Assembly (NCBI GenBank): GCA_951406725.2
Contig: OX597819.1
Span: forward strand, 107,508,001 to 107,572,000
Reading direction: 5' to 3'
From: Octopus vulgaris
Lineage: Eukaryota
DNA length: 64,000 bases
Each line of letters starts with the position of its first letter. Positions within the stretch are counted from its first letter, which is position 1. Position numbers and translations under genes: made by a program. This document shows positions 40,448 through 55,025 of the stretch, piece by piece. Below the pieces are notes generated by a model that was given only the letters and a program-made list of their open reading frames with translations, was not told the origin of the DNA and did not search any database.

Positions 40448-42844
40448 CACACACGTCTTTGTGACATTATCTTTACATGCGAAAATCGTTTCTGTATTAT
40501 AATTTAGCTTTAATAAAAATTCAGTACGCTAACGATTACAAAATTAATTTTCAATGTAAGTAAAATAGGAAATGAAAATTTATTTCATATAATTCTTTGT
40601 TTACCCTTAATATATGTGCATATATCCTTAAACATTTTTTTTAATATTTAGATTTAGTAGATAATTACTTTCCGGAAAACCGTGGATATGAGATTTTTCA
40701 CAGGAATAATATTACATTAGAATTCAGTTGTATAAAGGAATTTCGTATCATAAATTGCAATTACTAATACTAAAATTAAAGATGGCTGTCTATACCCAAT
40801 TCTATCTGTTTGAGCAACTGTTTTAACCCTATAAAATATCTGTTAAATATTAATCTCTTCTAATATCGATTGTGCTAAGTATTTACATCTAATGATATAG
40901 ATTCTAAAATCTGTATCGAGTTGGGTAAAAATCCTTTTAAGTTAAAATTTAACCAACCTAAAATACGTTATTGAATTATTTCGTGAGATTAATTTGTCTA
41001 ACCCTGCCTGGTTTCTAAAATAGGGTGAGCGCATAAAATTTTGTATAATTTGGAAGTGATAATGGTTCTGCTATTTGTATTCGTGAACATAAAAGTGGAA
41101 ATTTTATTAATAGGATGATTTACTTTGCGAGAGACGTAAATTTTTTTAATGTATGTAAATTTCTCTCTAAGCAGGTTAGAAAACGAAAATTTAGCAGCAT
41201 TTGGTAGTGTTTCTGAAAAGAAAAGGAAGTATAATTTTATGAGATTATAAACTATTTTTTCCTGTTATCTTACTGGTTAAGGTAAAGAATAATCCGATCT
41301 TTGTCGGCAGAAAGGTGACAAATATGGACATATATTTCGGTCTATTGAACCTCATCAATGTAGTACATTGAATGCGATTCAGCAGATCAAAGGATATAGA
41401 AAAACATCATATATCTTGGCCTGAATAATTTGCATGATTAAAAATGAAAAGAGCTCTGGGAAATAATTTAAACGAACCGATGACCTTAATTTGGATAAAT
41501 TAATAGTTGTTGAAGAGATTGTCGTATGAATTTTTTTTTTATTTATTTAAATCTTCCTCTAAAATAATAAACGAAAACAAATTATCCACGTAAATGCATT
41601 CGACGCGTAAAGAAACAAGGCAACGATGTAAAGAATTTAAGAAACACGGCAATATTATAAAGAATCTAAGAATTGGTTTCACTTATACAAGGTAATTTTT
41701 ATACGAGAAGGTGGAATGAATAGGCTTCATTAAAAAATCATTACAATCGTTTCAGCGTATCATTATCAGCTGGTAATTGCTGAGCGTTACATGTATTATA
41801 CACATTTTCACATGTTTATCCAGTAAAAAATGTCCTACTCTATAATAGAATCTGGTAGCCGATACTCGGAGAGGAGCTTTAGAAAGAACGCACTAATGTT
41901 ATTATCTAGATAATACTAAATACTTATTCAAGCATATATTTAAACCTTTCCGTGAGATACAGAGCCCTTTTAATACTACATATATCAAAGTATGTACATT
42001 AACACACATAGGAATCTGCTTGTGCTTGTGCATCTGTGTAAACAAAGCACTCCAATATGTATATCCTCAAAACTGGCTATTAATGTATATGTTAATACAT
42101 TTGTGCATCAGCGTGTGTACACCGATAGTGTATACGATCATAAGTATATAACAATCTGCTTACCTTCACCTGAATAGATACTTAAATTCCACCATCGCGA
42201 TAATCAATCAATATCATAAATTCACTTTTATACCTCCAGCCTTACCTACACACACATAGGCCAATCAATAATGACACAGTTGTCCCTAGTTGCCAATCAG
42301 CATGTAAACAAGTAGTTAATCCACCGAAATTATCTCCAACAAGTATTTTCAATTATCTAAGTGCTCACGATTAGATATGAATATTTTCAACTCCATTGTT
42401 ATTTATGTAATTCATGACCGCCCGCACCATTTAGCATTAATCAATCCACCATTTAAATCAATTAGAGCCATCCACTTAACGTCCAACCTTACGAGCACAC
42501 CACCACCATCACCACAAGCCAACACTCATCTATCTCCCATTTCTCGGTTTTCAATCACCTTGTTTGACAGTTAGTCCCAAAAGTCTGGATGCAGAGAAAG
42601 AGAACTTAAATAATTGAAATTTTCTAAAAGTACAACAGGCACTCAAAATCGTGCCCTTCGCTATCTCATCAGTTTTGATTCTGTTGAATAACTTTAAACC
42701 CTTTACGGAATCTATGCGTGCTAATATTAATATAAATGGATATGATTACCTTCTTTAGTGTACCGACATGTATAGGTTGATTAGGCAACAATACTAATTT
42801 TAGTTGACCTCACAATAAACAATCAACTGGAGCTCGTCTCTACC

Positions 42845-43160
42845 AGGTTGAGTCAAACGTTTTTCGTTTTTTTTTTTAATATTCCAAACTTCAATTAATA
42901 TGAATTAAATACGAAAAGCGTTAATTCGTCAAGATATATCCAATCATATTCTATTGTCTGTTGCTATCATTGTGCCAGAAGCTCGATTCCACGCTTAGAC
43001 TATTTGGCTGTTTTAGAGGCTTGTTGAACCTCTGTCAGAAAAGGAAATGAGCCATGTCTCACAAAAGATGATAATCTGAACTGTAGATCTGAACTGTAGG
43101 CAGGGTGAGGAAGCACTTTCATCCCCTCAAGTTTGCATCCGTTCATATCTGCAGTGTGTA
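42845..43160 (-). mobile_element. Mariner 3' remnant
   Basis: KVLPHPAYSSDL and GIELLAQ-QQTIEYDWIY resemble the YSPDL motif and the mariner C-terminus. Confidence 0.6.
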
Positions 43161-43859
43161 GTGGGGAAAAGTACCGGAAGGCAACTGAACTATATTTTAT
43201 TTTAAAACAAACTGCCTGAACTAAACGTGTAAAAAATACACAACGTACACGTTCTCTTCCACATACGCATAAACACACAGAAACACATACACGTTAAAAC
43301 ATTTTCTACGGGTGGGTAATATAACAACTGAGCAAAAATGCTGCCAGTCACACAATGACTAGAAGTAACCTACAGTAAGTAATAAAGAAATTTAAACTTA
43401 CAGATTTGTCATTAATTTCAACCATCCGAGAAACCACGGGTTCTTTTATTTCTTGTTTTTTTTTTTGTTATTTCTATAGCCAAGCCTCCCGAAAATCACG
43501 ACATACATGCTTAGAAACCCATATATACACACATATGTACACACACGTATAGATTCAAAATAGTGAAGAACATCTCAATCTCTCTCAACACATCCTCTTC
43601 CCCAAACCCATGGGAAGCTTTCTATAAATCTGCAAAGGAAACAGTCACAGTACAATATAAAATAGAACCTGTGTTCCAAAGTTCTGTTTTATATTGTACT
43701 GGACAGTTACTAGTCCAGTACAATATAATGGATACGTGAAGTACTCATTGAACACTTTAGAAAATAAGTGAAGTAGTCAATGAACAGATTAAAAGTGCCT
43801 TCATCTCACCCTCGGACCACATGCAAATAAAAAAACCGGCTTAAGTTTTTAACATTACA

Positions 43860-44400
43860 GATCTGCAGGCGAAAGTGGCAACCATCGATTACACCAACAT
43901 TGAGGAAGCAGATGTAACAGCAGCCATAAACGAAATAAGCTTAAGCTCAGCAACTGATCTTCGATGGCTTCCTAGCTATTTTCCCGAAATCGTGTTAAGC
44001 AGGCTTTAGTGAAACCAACTTTTCCAGAGTTTCCTGGCAAGTAGTAAACTTCATAAAAAGTTATATGCCCTATCTACAAAGGTGTGAGCAAAGCAGAGGC
44101 TAAAAACTACAGGCGAATCTCTCTGACCTTACATATTAGTAAAAGCATGGAACGAATCATCTGAAAGAAAATGATAAGGTTCCTAGAAGAAAATGACTTG
44201 CTGAATGATACAAAGCATGGCTTCCGTCTAGGGAAAAGCTGCTTCACACAGCTCTTATGACATTATGACTGGGTTTTGAAACAGCTGCTTGACCATTCAC
44301 ATGACAATGTGGTATATCTTGACTTCGCAAAAGCCTTTGATAAGGTAGATCATAACATAATATGCCACATGCCATGACTTCCTAAAAGATAGAAATGAAG
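43860..44400 (+). mobile_element. CR1/L2-group LINE RT fragment
   Basis: AKNYRRISLT...KSMERII...HGFRLGKSCFTQLL...VVYLDFAKAFDKVDH. Confidence 0.8.
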
Positions 44401-44421
44401 CAGTTGCAGCCAATATATATA

Positions 44422-44457
<36 letters not shown>

Positions 44458-44491
44458 AATTTATAAATAAGGATAATATCGAATATACCAT

Positions 44492-44564
44492 CTGGTATAT
44501 TCAACTGACGAAAGCAGAGCTTATTTGAAGCAAAGCTAGAAATCCAGGATCTTGAATTATCCAG
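44492..44564 (+). ncRNA. Type I hammerhead motif in a ~240-bp TA-flanked insert (44462-44700)
   Basis: CTGGTATATTCAA-CTGACGA-AAGC...GCTA-GAAA-TCCAGG-ATC-TTGAATTATCCAG; insert ends are inverted (TATAAATAAGG / CCTTATTTATA). Confidence 0.7.
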
Positions 44565-46932
44565 TAATATCTTTTTGCTAGTTTATTTTGTCTCTCTGTC
44601 TTATCTCATGGTGCGATATGAACATTTTAGGTGGTTTTTAGAGTCAGGGTTTTGACTGCTATTTCGGCATGGTGGTGTCTTTCAGATACCCTTATTTATA
44701 GTTATATATATATATATATTTAAATTGTTTTGAAGCAGAAACTTATTGAATTATATCTCTCAATGTCTCGTTCGTGATTACTAAGACGACTGAGAGAAAG
44801 TCATTCGGGGCAAAAATATACTTATAAACTGAAGTGACCTGGGTTTAAAGGAATAACATGCTAATGTAGTCCTCGAGCTACCCTGTCTGAATAAAATACG
44901 CAATGGTCACAACTAGACTACCTTGGTCTTTGGCCTGTTTGATTGATGCTGGTCATTTGTTAAACAACTAAGCACACATTAGACAATGTAGACTTGGACA
45001 AATACTCTGCAGAAAGAAGACAAAGTGAAGCATCTGTAAACTAGGTCCATAGACTAAAAGACACCAAATACTGAACTGCAACATAGAAACAAGGATGCGC
45101 TAGGCTATCTAATCCTGCGGACTCCTAAAAATACGGAATGATCAAGGTTAGAGTACTTTTGAACTTTTGTTGGATTCGTTAAGCTTATCCTTGGGCTAAA
45201 CAGCACTAACGGCAATAGCAAATTTCGAAGATTTTTGTAAAAGCCTCAGCTGATAATAATAAATTCCAGTTGAATAACTTCCAGTTTCATGAGACTTGAA
45301 TTATTTACAATTCACCAAGCTTCTCCCAAAAATGTTATCACATCTGTTCGCCGGTTTCATCTTCTAAGTTCATTTATTCATTGAATTACCGCAAAAGAAA
45401 GAAACGGTAATTGTCTCTACTTATAGCTAACTTTCGGGAAATTGTATTATGTAGGGCGACGAGCAAATTATTAGCGTTTTAATGGTCCAAGCGTTAAACA
45501 TTTTAATACTAACTTACCTTCATATCAATCTATTTATCTATCTGTCTCATCACATAATTATATTTACTTAGCTCTTTAATGCAGTCTGCATTAAATATGT
45601 TAGCAATAACGTTTCTATCCAACTATCTGCAAACTATAACTTAAAGTCTGAAAAATAGAATCCATGCGAAACTTTAGAAGCCCCAACAAAACTTTTTAAT
45701 GTATAAACGCATTCTCCAACTACCATCTTGCCATTTAAGATAGTTTCCAAGTAATATTTTCATTTAATTCTATATGTCCTGTGAGAAAGAATTGTTTAAC
45801 TTCGTCGTAAGCTATGATAACAGACATGTGTTTAAAAACAGTTTTAAAGGTAAATACGTTGCATACAAAAAGTATATATTGGTAAATACTAGAAAATTTT
45901 TTAAAAGATATCTATATATTCCAAACCGTCGCTTTCCTCAATTTTACTATCAGCACTTATTTTTCAGTCGGCTATTTTTATTACTCTTGCGTCATAAACC
46001 TCCTAGATATTCATCAAAAACTATATAAAAGTTAGTTACATTTGTTCTGACAATTTCGCGAACACTGTAGATTAAAATTCAACAGGAAAGTCTCACGCAC
46101 ACAAACGCACAAGCATCAGCATTTTAACTTAACTGTGCTAATTTCCCACACTAGGTAAATATTTTCAAAATATAGTGTACTGAGCGAAGATCTCAGATGA
46201 AATTCACTGTGACACAAAACATCATGTACGTATGACAGCTACTACATTTATAACCAGATACAATCAACAAACCTATTCATTCAGGCGTGAGTGAGGAAGA
46301 AATATTATTACTCCTGAAAATATTTCTGGTATCTGAAGGTTGTATGCATAAATCGTTTCAAGGTCAACAGACCAGTTATAAAAATACACTATCAAACATC
46401 AACCTATTAAAATTCTTTCTTTGCTTATCAGATGTACACATCATAGTAATGAACCGAATTTATTTACTGATTTCAAAGTCTGGAAGTACCTGTCATAGTT
46501 AGTTACATTACCAGACGTGTAACTAGCTTAATATTATCGCTAATATTGTCGCTAATAGCTATTTATTCAAAGTTGTTAACTTAATTTTACTTGTCATTTC
46601 ATTTCATATTAAACATATTTAGACATTACACTGTAAATCTCTCGCACAAACCTTCAGATATATTACTACGGCCTCGCATATACTCATTTTTACGCCAAAA
46701 GATGTAAAGTGTATGTATGCATGCGTGCATACAGCCGTGCGTGCGCGAGTGCGTGCTGCGTGTGCGTGCTGCGTGTGCGTGCTGCGTGTGCGTGCTGCGT
46801 GTGCGTGTGTATATTCAGTATAATTTCATATTCTTAGTGTTTAAATGCTCCATCATTACCTTATATCTCTTCCTTTCGCATTCCCAATTCGAAAAGGCTG
46901 ACATTTCAAATATAACATGTGTGTGTGTGGTG

Positions 46933-47001
<69 letters not shown>

Positions 47002-47502
47002 TGTGTGTGGGTGCGTGCGTGCGTGCAGGTTTGGACATATGAATTCTTACCGATGCAGTGCCGGTAAATAGGCAAAAGACTGAGTTAAAATGTCCCTTAC
47101 TTACACAACTTGTTTCCCTTCTAGGTGTCCTATCCCTTCTGTATCCTTCGAATCCAGTCCATTGCTTTGACATTTTAGAATGAAGCTTTCTATGTTGGAT
47201 TCCACTCTTTCCAGCCACCTACCTGCATCTAAGCAGTTATCCATAGGTTATAGTCTTCTCAGCAATATCATTCCTTCCACATTCCAGCTCATTGTTTCAT
47301 TATCTACATCTGAATCATCTTGCCCACTACGTCTCTATCTCTCCATCAAACCTTTCATAATTTTATTTTCTATCTAAACTCTCTGTCCTTTTTCAAACAT
47401 TATATTATATGAAGCGCAGTATATTCATGTCAACACAATACATATTTTCCACATGCTCCTCTTTCCTTTGGCATCATTCTTGCCAATTCTTTTTATTTTT
47501 CT

Positions 47503-47777
47503 GGGATTTTCTCCTTCCCTCTATCTTTTACTCTATATTTAATTTCTCTTTCTATTTCTTTATTGCTCTTCTTTTCCCATCATTATATCATCCATTTATT
47601 CTTTTCTTTGTTGTCAACAAAAGGGTAACAAATCCTGATATAAGATACATATTTTAAGCAGTTTTTCAGGGATTTTCTCCTTCCCTCTATCTTTTACTCT
47701 ATATTTAATTTCTCTTTCTATTTCTTTATTGCTCTTCTTTTCCCATCATTATATCATCCATTTATTCTTTTCTTTGT
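47503..47777. repeat. 109-bp direct duplication (47503-47611, 47669-47777)
   Basis: Identical pyrimidine-rich blocks separated by 57 bp. Confidence 0.9.
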
Positions 47778-48780
47778 AGGTAGGAAGGTAGGTAGGTAGG
47801 TAGGTAGGTAGGTAGGTAGGTAGGTAGGCAGGCAGGCAGGCAGGCAGGTAGGCAGGCAGGCATATGTTTTTTTAATTACATATTCCGTCGCAGTAAAACA
47901 TTTCAGCCATTTCTATCAAGATATTCAAATAGAATTTTTACATATAATTCAAGTTTTTTAAATTTTTATCAGAATATTTTCAAAAACGGTGGTTCTGATG
48001 TAGTTTTTGCATGCTGGTGGCAAAAATTGCAGTTATGTTTCCTAGAAATCAATAAAAGAAAGTTACAAGCATTAGCAATTATATGATTTTCAGGTGTCGA
48101 AACTCTATGTCTCCGGGTTAACAGCACACACGAAACCTTTACGTGCTCTCGATTTGTAAGAACTAGTAGTCAAATCTCTCTGAAACTACATCCGATAACA
48201 CTCTACATGTGAGCCTGCCTCAAGCGAGAACTTCAACGGTACTGTAACACAATGTTTCGTCCTCTGGTGTTTTTTAAATGTTAAGGAGCAATTTAAAAAA
48301 TATTTTGCTGCTATTTCTAATTTGGCAAGAGACCATGTTAAGGTTTCGTGTGTGTTGTTCCTATGGAGACAAACAATCACGACATCCGATGCGTCTGTTA
48401 GTCGACGCTGACGAGGTTATAATTACATAATTTTAAGTGATTGTAATTTCTTTTATATTTTTATGTCAAGAAAATAATCTGATGATAATTTAAAATGTCG
48501 ATGTATGTCACTCAGAAAAGGAACGTCATGTGAGTTGTTTCGCTTGCCTATGACTTACAGTTGCTTTTAACACTAGGTACATTGAGAATATATTGCGCCT
48601 AAAATGCAGCCGACCCACGGACTAACAACACACACACCTCGGTATGTGTGTTCGATTTGGTTAATATATATGTATATATACATATAATTACCAAAAGAAA
48701 AAAAGAAGAAGCACAAGAAGAAACAACATCGTGAGGACAAGCAAAGTATTATCAGACGCTCAGAGAAAGAAAGAAAGGTA

Positions 48781-48814
48781 GTTTTACGTTTCGAGCAAAG
48801 CTCTTCTTTAGAAA
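48781..48814 (-). ncRNA. Minimal hammerhead with a 1-nt core deletion
   Basis: GTTT-CTAAGA-AGAGC TTT GCTC-GAAAC-GTA-AAAC (expected core CTGAAGA). Confidence 0.55.
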
Positions 48815-49300
48815 CAGGAGACAGGGGTAAGTCCACGAGAAAAGGAAGACGGCGGGAAAAAATCGCCAGCGATCCACATGTGGTTATATATATATGTGTG
48901 TGTGTGTGTGTACACGCACATGCACACACAAACACGCACGTGCGTGTGGCCGTGTGTATAGTAATTTCATTTCGAATTCATGCATAGCATTTGGGTATGT
49001 CTTTTCTTATATCCACAATTTGTTAGGGAAACAGGGCCAACGAGCGCTGTGAATGTCTATCTGATTGACTGAATAGTAATTCAAACAGCCTTGTCACACT
49101 GACTGTTACATAAATTCTATCTGAATATTATGGTGAGAGAATAAGTATCGGAAGCATATTCAATCACACAGAGTAGTCAATTCACTCGATCGAAAAGCTG
49201 GAACGCTGATCTTTGTTGGCGACGGAGATCCATTTAGTTTACTCATGTAATATATGTGTGCATATTTCTGTGTACTGTACTTATCTGTGGATATGTTCGT

Positions 49301-49431
<131 letters not shown>

Positions 49432-49499
49432 GAGTAAACACATAAATGTGAAACAAGGTGGAAAAAAGAGTACTCAAATACCAGTGGTAGAGTAATATG

Positions 49500-49542
49500 C
49501 TTTATTTTAAGCAGCAGAAAATTTTCTGCTGCTTAAAATAAA

Positions 49543-49543
<1 letters not shown>
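49500..49543. repeat. Perfect 44-bp palindrome ending a short TA-flanked insert
   Basis: CTTTATTTTAAGCAGCAGAAAA|TTTTCTGCTGCTTAAAATAAAG. Confidence 0.9.
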
Positions 49544-49582
<39 letters not shown>

Positions 49583-50471
49583 CAATACATAGATATTGGA
49601 GAATGCATCCATAGAATAATCAATATATTTATCATAATAGTCAAATCATGTTGCCTACACGTGTTTCGGGTTGTTGCGGGGATTCCTATTAATGCAATAA
49701 AATTGCATTATGAATTTAATAGAACAAAAACTTAGTCAGAGCTAAAATAAGCTATTAAGAAGAGAAAATTATGGCTGCTATTTCTTCATACATCTTCATG
49801 GATGGAGCGTACAATTCAAATTGAATTTTAGGAAGTGATCTTGAATACTGCTCCAAAAATAGCCAGAAGTGTATTCTTCAACACCACTGGACAGGGACTG
49901 GTCATGGATCAGAAGAACTAGGTCATAATGGTATTCACCCTTTGAGGGGTGAAAATTCTTTACTGTTAAGTATGTTTGTAAGCAAATACCTCATTAGTTA
50001 TATTGTTCTGTAGTTTGCTTCTACTATTTGTACCATCTATCATGCTCACAATATATGTTCATATTTATTGGTAAGAAAAATAAATCCAGATATGTACTTA
50101 TTTGTTATATTTATTTATTTATTTTTGTTTATTCTTACTGTAAAAAGTTATATTAGTTAGATTCATTAATTGATAGTTTTGGTTCCTATTTTTCTATTTA
50201 TTTTATGGTATACAGTGTATATTTTATCTAAAATCATTTAAATATATTTAAACACAAAGAAAATGTACTTTTAGCATTAATACCTTATGTACTATTCTAT
50301 CATTCATACACTGATCATTTTAATTAAATTTATTTAAATTAAATAAATTTATATTTCTAATTTTTATGAGCAGACAAAAATTCTGTTTTTCCTCTAATTG
50401 TTAGTATAATTAATTTAGATATATTAGTTGATAGTTTGTGTTCAGACATTATCCGCCCATAAGTGCTATTC

Positions 50472-50520
<49 letters not shown>

Positions 50521-50695
50521 TAGATAGATATATGTGTATATATATACACATAATATGCATATTTACATATGTGTGTGTACGCACGCACACACGCATATGT
50601 ATATATAATGTATTTGTATATATATAACTATAAATACATATATATGTATGTACTGCGATATATGTGTGTGTGTGTGTCTGTCTGTCTGTGTGTGT

Positions 50696-50766
<71 letters not shown>

Positions 50767-51159
50767 TCTGTCTCTGTCTCTGTGCATGTATGTGTCTGAT
50801 GAATTTCGAGCGTTTGTTTATCACAAGGATGTATATATTTTTTATTTTAATGTCTGTAAAAATAATCATCGCGAGATGTTTCAACACTTACTTAACTGCT
50901 ACACTAAAACATGAATGTACACACAGAGGTTTTTTATATTTGGAACGAGAGACAGTTGTTTGTCTCCGTTGATGCCGTCAACCTTTCTACAGTGGTGCTA
51001 AACTATTTACTAAATAATTCTCTTGTATATGTGGTATTTCTATTTCGTCTGCTTTGTGTATCTACTTTTATAACCGTGTATGTACATTCATATATACACA
51101 GATGCCTAACATACACATACACACAGACACACACACGCAACCCCCACACACATATATGT

Positions 51160-51201
<42 letters not shown>

Positions 51202-51359
51202 GTATGCACACATATTTTTCGACTATGTACATGTAATTATGTATAGATGTATATATATTTTTTTTAATAATTATTATTTGACGGAATAAAATCCAAACTT
51301 ACAAGGAAAAAGAATTCAATTTAGAAATACTAAATCAGATTCCACACAATGTAATATTT

Positions 51360-51614
<255 letters not shown>

Positions 51615-51707
51615 ACAGCAGGAAATGTATCAGGACATGAAATGTAAAAACCGGACTAGACTATTTTATGCGCAACTCTATTCTCTCCCGAGACAAAAGG
51701 ATGCCAA

Positions 51708-51775
<68 letters not shown>

Positions 51776-51919
51776 GGGGTGGGGTTAAGTAACAAGAGAC
51801 CAATGAAAACTCTTGTGATATGTGCTGATATAATCCCGTAAGAGTCATAAAGTAGGAGTTTGACCTAAGCTCTAATGGTATTCCCAATTGTGAAATGCTA
51901 TCAGACAGCCTACTAGCTG

Positions 51920-51955
<36 letters not shown>

Positions 51956-52839
51956 GGGTTTGTATGATTGTGTATAGAGGGATATATATTATTCAAAGAA
52001 ATTCCAACTCTGTCGGTTTTTTATGTTTTATTTATATTCTTTATAATATTTATGTAGAACATAGAATATATAGTATAAATAATATATATATAGTAAAATG
52101 AAATGAAGTATTGATTGTCTTATTGAATAGATGAAATATTGAATATAAAATATTAAGGGACTAGTATACTTTCTTGCATTATATATATATATATATATAT
52201 ATATAACGCCCCAATTGTTTGGATGTGCGTGTGGGTGCGTGCATGTATGTGTACATGTGGTGTATGTGTCTGTATGTGCTAGTGTATATTCTTATGTATA
52301 TATATGTATCTCAGATAAACGTTCGATTCATGACGTGTTTATAAATATATATACTTTATATAGATATAAACAAGAAGAATGGATCGAGCAAGACCTTAAA
52401 TGAAATCAAATGGCAACTATTTCATCTGTGCTCGTTCTTATGAATATTGCTATATAATACGATAATATATGCAACTATTGATTCCTGAGATGTCATTGTA
52501 AAGACACGAACCGATTCTTCAGAACTATGTATAGTGTTGCAACATGCAAATGTAAGCATGAGGACACGCCCCATTCGATATAGGTATAAATTATTGACAA
52601 TACAAGGATCTACACCAAATAGGTTTTATCCGTAATCCTGAAGAGTCGTACTTGGTACGTGTTTTTACAATGTCACTTCGTGAATGAAACGTTACATATA
52701 TTAACACACAATTTAGTAATATTCATGAGAACTAATTCATATGAAACAATTGTAACCTGATGTAATAGAAGGAATTGCTCATGTCAGCCTTCTTGTTTGT
52801 AATTGTAAAATCTCTACAGCATGTTCTTTTATTTTCTAA

Positions 52840-53052
52840 TTCTTTTATTTGTTTCAGTTATATGACTGTGGCCATGCTGGGGCACCGCCTTCAGTCGAGC
52901 AAATCGACCACAGGATTTATTCTTTGTAAAACTAGTACTTATTCTATTGTCTCTCTTGCCGAACCACTAAGTGACGGGGACTTAAACACACCAGTTGTCA
53001 TCAAGCGATCTTGGGGTGGGGGACAAACCCAGACATACAAACATATACATAC

Positions 53053-53119
<67 letters not shown>

Positions 53120-53254
53120 AAATCCACTAACAAGGCTTTGGTCGGCCCGAGGATATAGTAGAAGACCCACTCCCAAGGTGCCACGCAGTGGAACTGAACC
53201 CGAAGCCATGTCGTTGGTAAGCAAGCTACTTACCACACAGTCACTCCTGTGCCT
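52840..53254 (-). mobile_element. CORE-like tRNA SINE with internal (TA)n
   Basis: Paralog of 22830-23155. Confidence 0.75.
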
Positions 53255-54084
53255 ACGTGTGGATTTTTACACGTGTTTGTTAAAACAATCTCCGATTTAC
53301 TGTCAGCTTCATAGCAGTGCCTGTGGATGAGCTTAATAGGTAAACCTCAGGATTTAAATCACCAATGAAATTATTATCTATGAGTGTGTGCGTATGTGTG
53401 TGTGCATTATTATTATTATCTATGAGTGTGTAGTGTATGTGTCTGTATGCGCGGGTGTCTATTCTTATGTATATATATATGTATGTCAGATAAAATATCG
53501 AGATCATTTCAATTTACTAATTATCGCGTGAAGCGGTGACCTTGCATGTCCGAATTTGAAAGAATGAAACGTAATTATGCAAATTATTTGCGATAAGGAA
53601 AATCGATGTACTAATTGTTACTAAGGATATGCATATCTCAAGAATTAGTTTCCTTGAACAGTTCAATAAAACTTTCCAAATTAATTAGTATTGTTATAGC
53701 TTTCGATCCATTATCCCTGATAATTTCAGGTTTAATAGGTCATTGGTTAATGGGGTTAGTGGCAAACGGGTCATATATTTAAGATGCATAGTAGAGAAAC
53801 GTTACATAGCAGGAGTTAGTCGATGAAACTTTTTTCCGGTATTACAGTCCACTAGAAATAGCCACTAAAGTCACAACGGTAAATAGACAACGTTGAACAA
53901 AACACCAAGGAAATTAATATGTTCTATATAATTGGTTAGTACACTTAAAAGCCATGATCCAGCATTTCAAAGATAATACTAGGCTTACAAAGAATAGAGA
54001 TGTTATTGTTTCACTTCTGACACATAATACTAAAATAGTGTAAGAGATGAGAGATTAATCCGGGATCACATTAGGCAAGAAGCT

Positions 54085-54230
54085 GAAAAGTTTTGGGCCT
54101 ATAACACTGCACGTGTAAAATTTGAATGAAATCGGTCGGCTAGTTCTAGAGTTTTAGTGATGCACGCATACAGACACAGAGACAGACACACACATACACA
54201 CAGGCATTCTCAGTTTTATATATATAGCTA
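54085..54230 (+). mobile_element. Possible Helitron/Helentron-type non-autonomous element end
   Basis: AAATTTGAATGAAATCGGTCGGCTAGTTC...CAGACACAGAGACAGACAC...TTTTATATATATAG resembles DINE-1/Lep1-like termini. Confidence 0.35.
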
Positions 54231-54426
54231 TATAATCCGTATAAACAGCAGTTTCCAGTGTTTCACCAAAATTTAATTCTCACTAAATATGACTAGTGGG
54301 TAGGAAATACCTACATTGCTAGAAACAATAGCTAAACCTCTCTAATGCTGTACTTAATGTACATGAATGGAAACATATGCACTAACAGAGACCATAATCG
54401 TCCGAAAAGTGCCGATCGCGAATATA

Positions 54427-54465
<39 letters not shown>

Positions 54466-54512
54466 ACATGCGTGTGTATATGTTATGAATAATATATGCA
54501 TTTATGTATATG

Positions 54513-54564
<52 letters not shown>

Positions 54565-54595
54565 CATACACACATACATATATATGTATGTGTGA

Positions 54596-54959
54596 AGGCG
54601 CATGGCTCAGTGGTTAGAGCGTCGAGCTTTCGATAGTGACGTTGTGAGTTCGATGCCTAGACTGGTCTGCGTATTGTGTACTTGAGTAAGACACTTTATT
54701 TCACGTTGCTCCAATTTACTCAGCTTCAGAAATGAGTTGCGACGTCTCTGGTGCCAAGATGTATCGGCCTTTGCTTTTCTCTTGCATAACATCGGTGGCG
54801 TGGAGAGGGGACGCTGGTATGCATGGGCGACAGCTGCTCTCCCATAAAAACAACCGTAGGTTGTGCGTTCGCCGGTGAGGCGATTTTCCACCCAGGCTTT
54901 CAACCCATAGGGGAACCTCTTAGGTGTACTGATGGCTGTTCGTGGCCGACGGAGTCGAG

Positions 54960-54960
<1 letters not shown>
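54596..54960 (+). mobile_element. tRNA-headed SINE
   Basis: A box TGGCTCAGTGG, B box AGTTCGATGCC, CTTGAGTAAGACACTT core-like block; (TA)n at the 3' end. Confidence 0.75.

Positions 54961-55025
<65 letters not shown>

Noticed and set aside
41740-41772. Minus-strand CTGATAA...GAAACGATTGTA
   Set aside because: C3-A8 mismatch and stems do not pair
42829-42850. GGAGCTCGTCTCTACCAGGT resembles mature miR-993
   Set aside because: No complementary arm for a precursor hairpin, and the 3' part overlaps a probable mariner end
49650-49802. Minus-strand GAAAC-ACGT-GTA half hammerhead
   Set aside because: No convincing CUGANGA or stem I/II partner found
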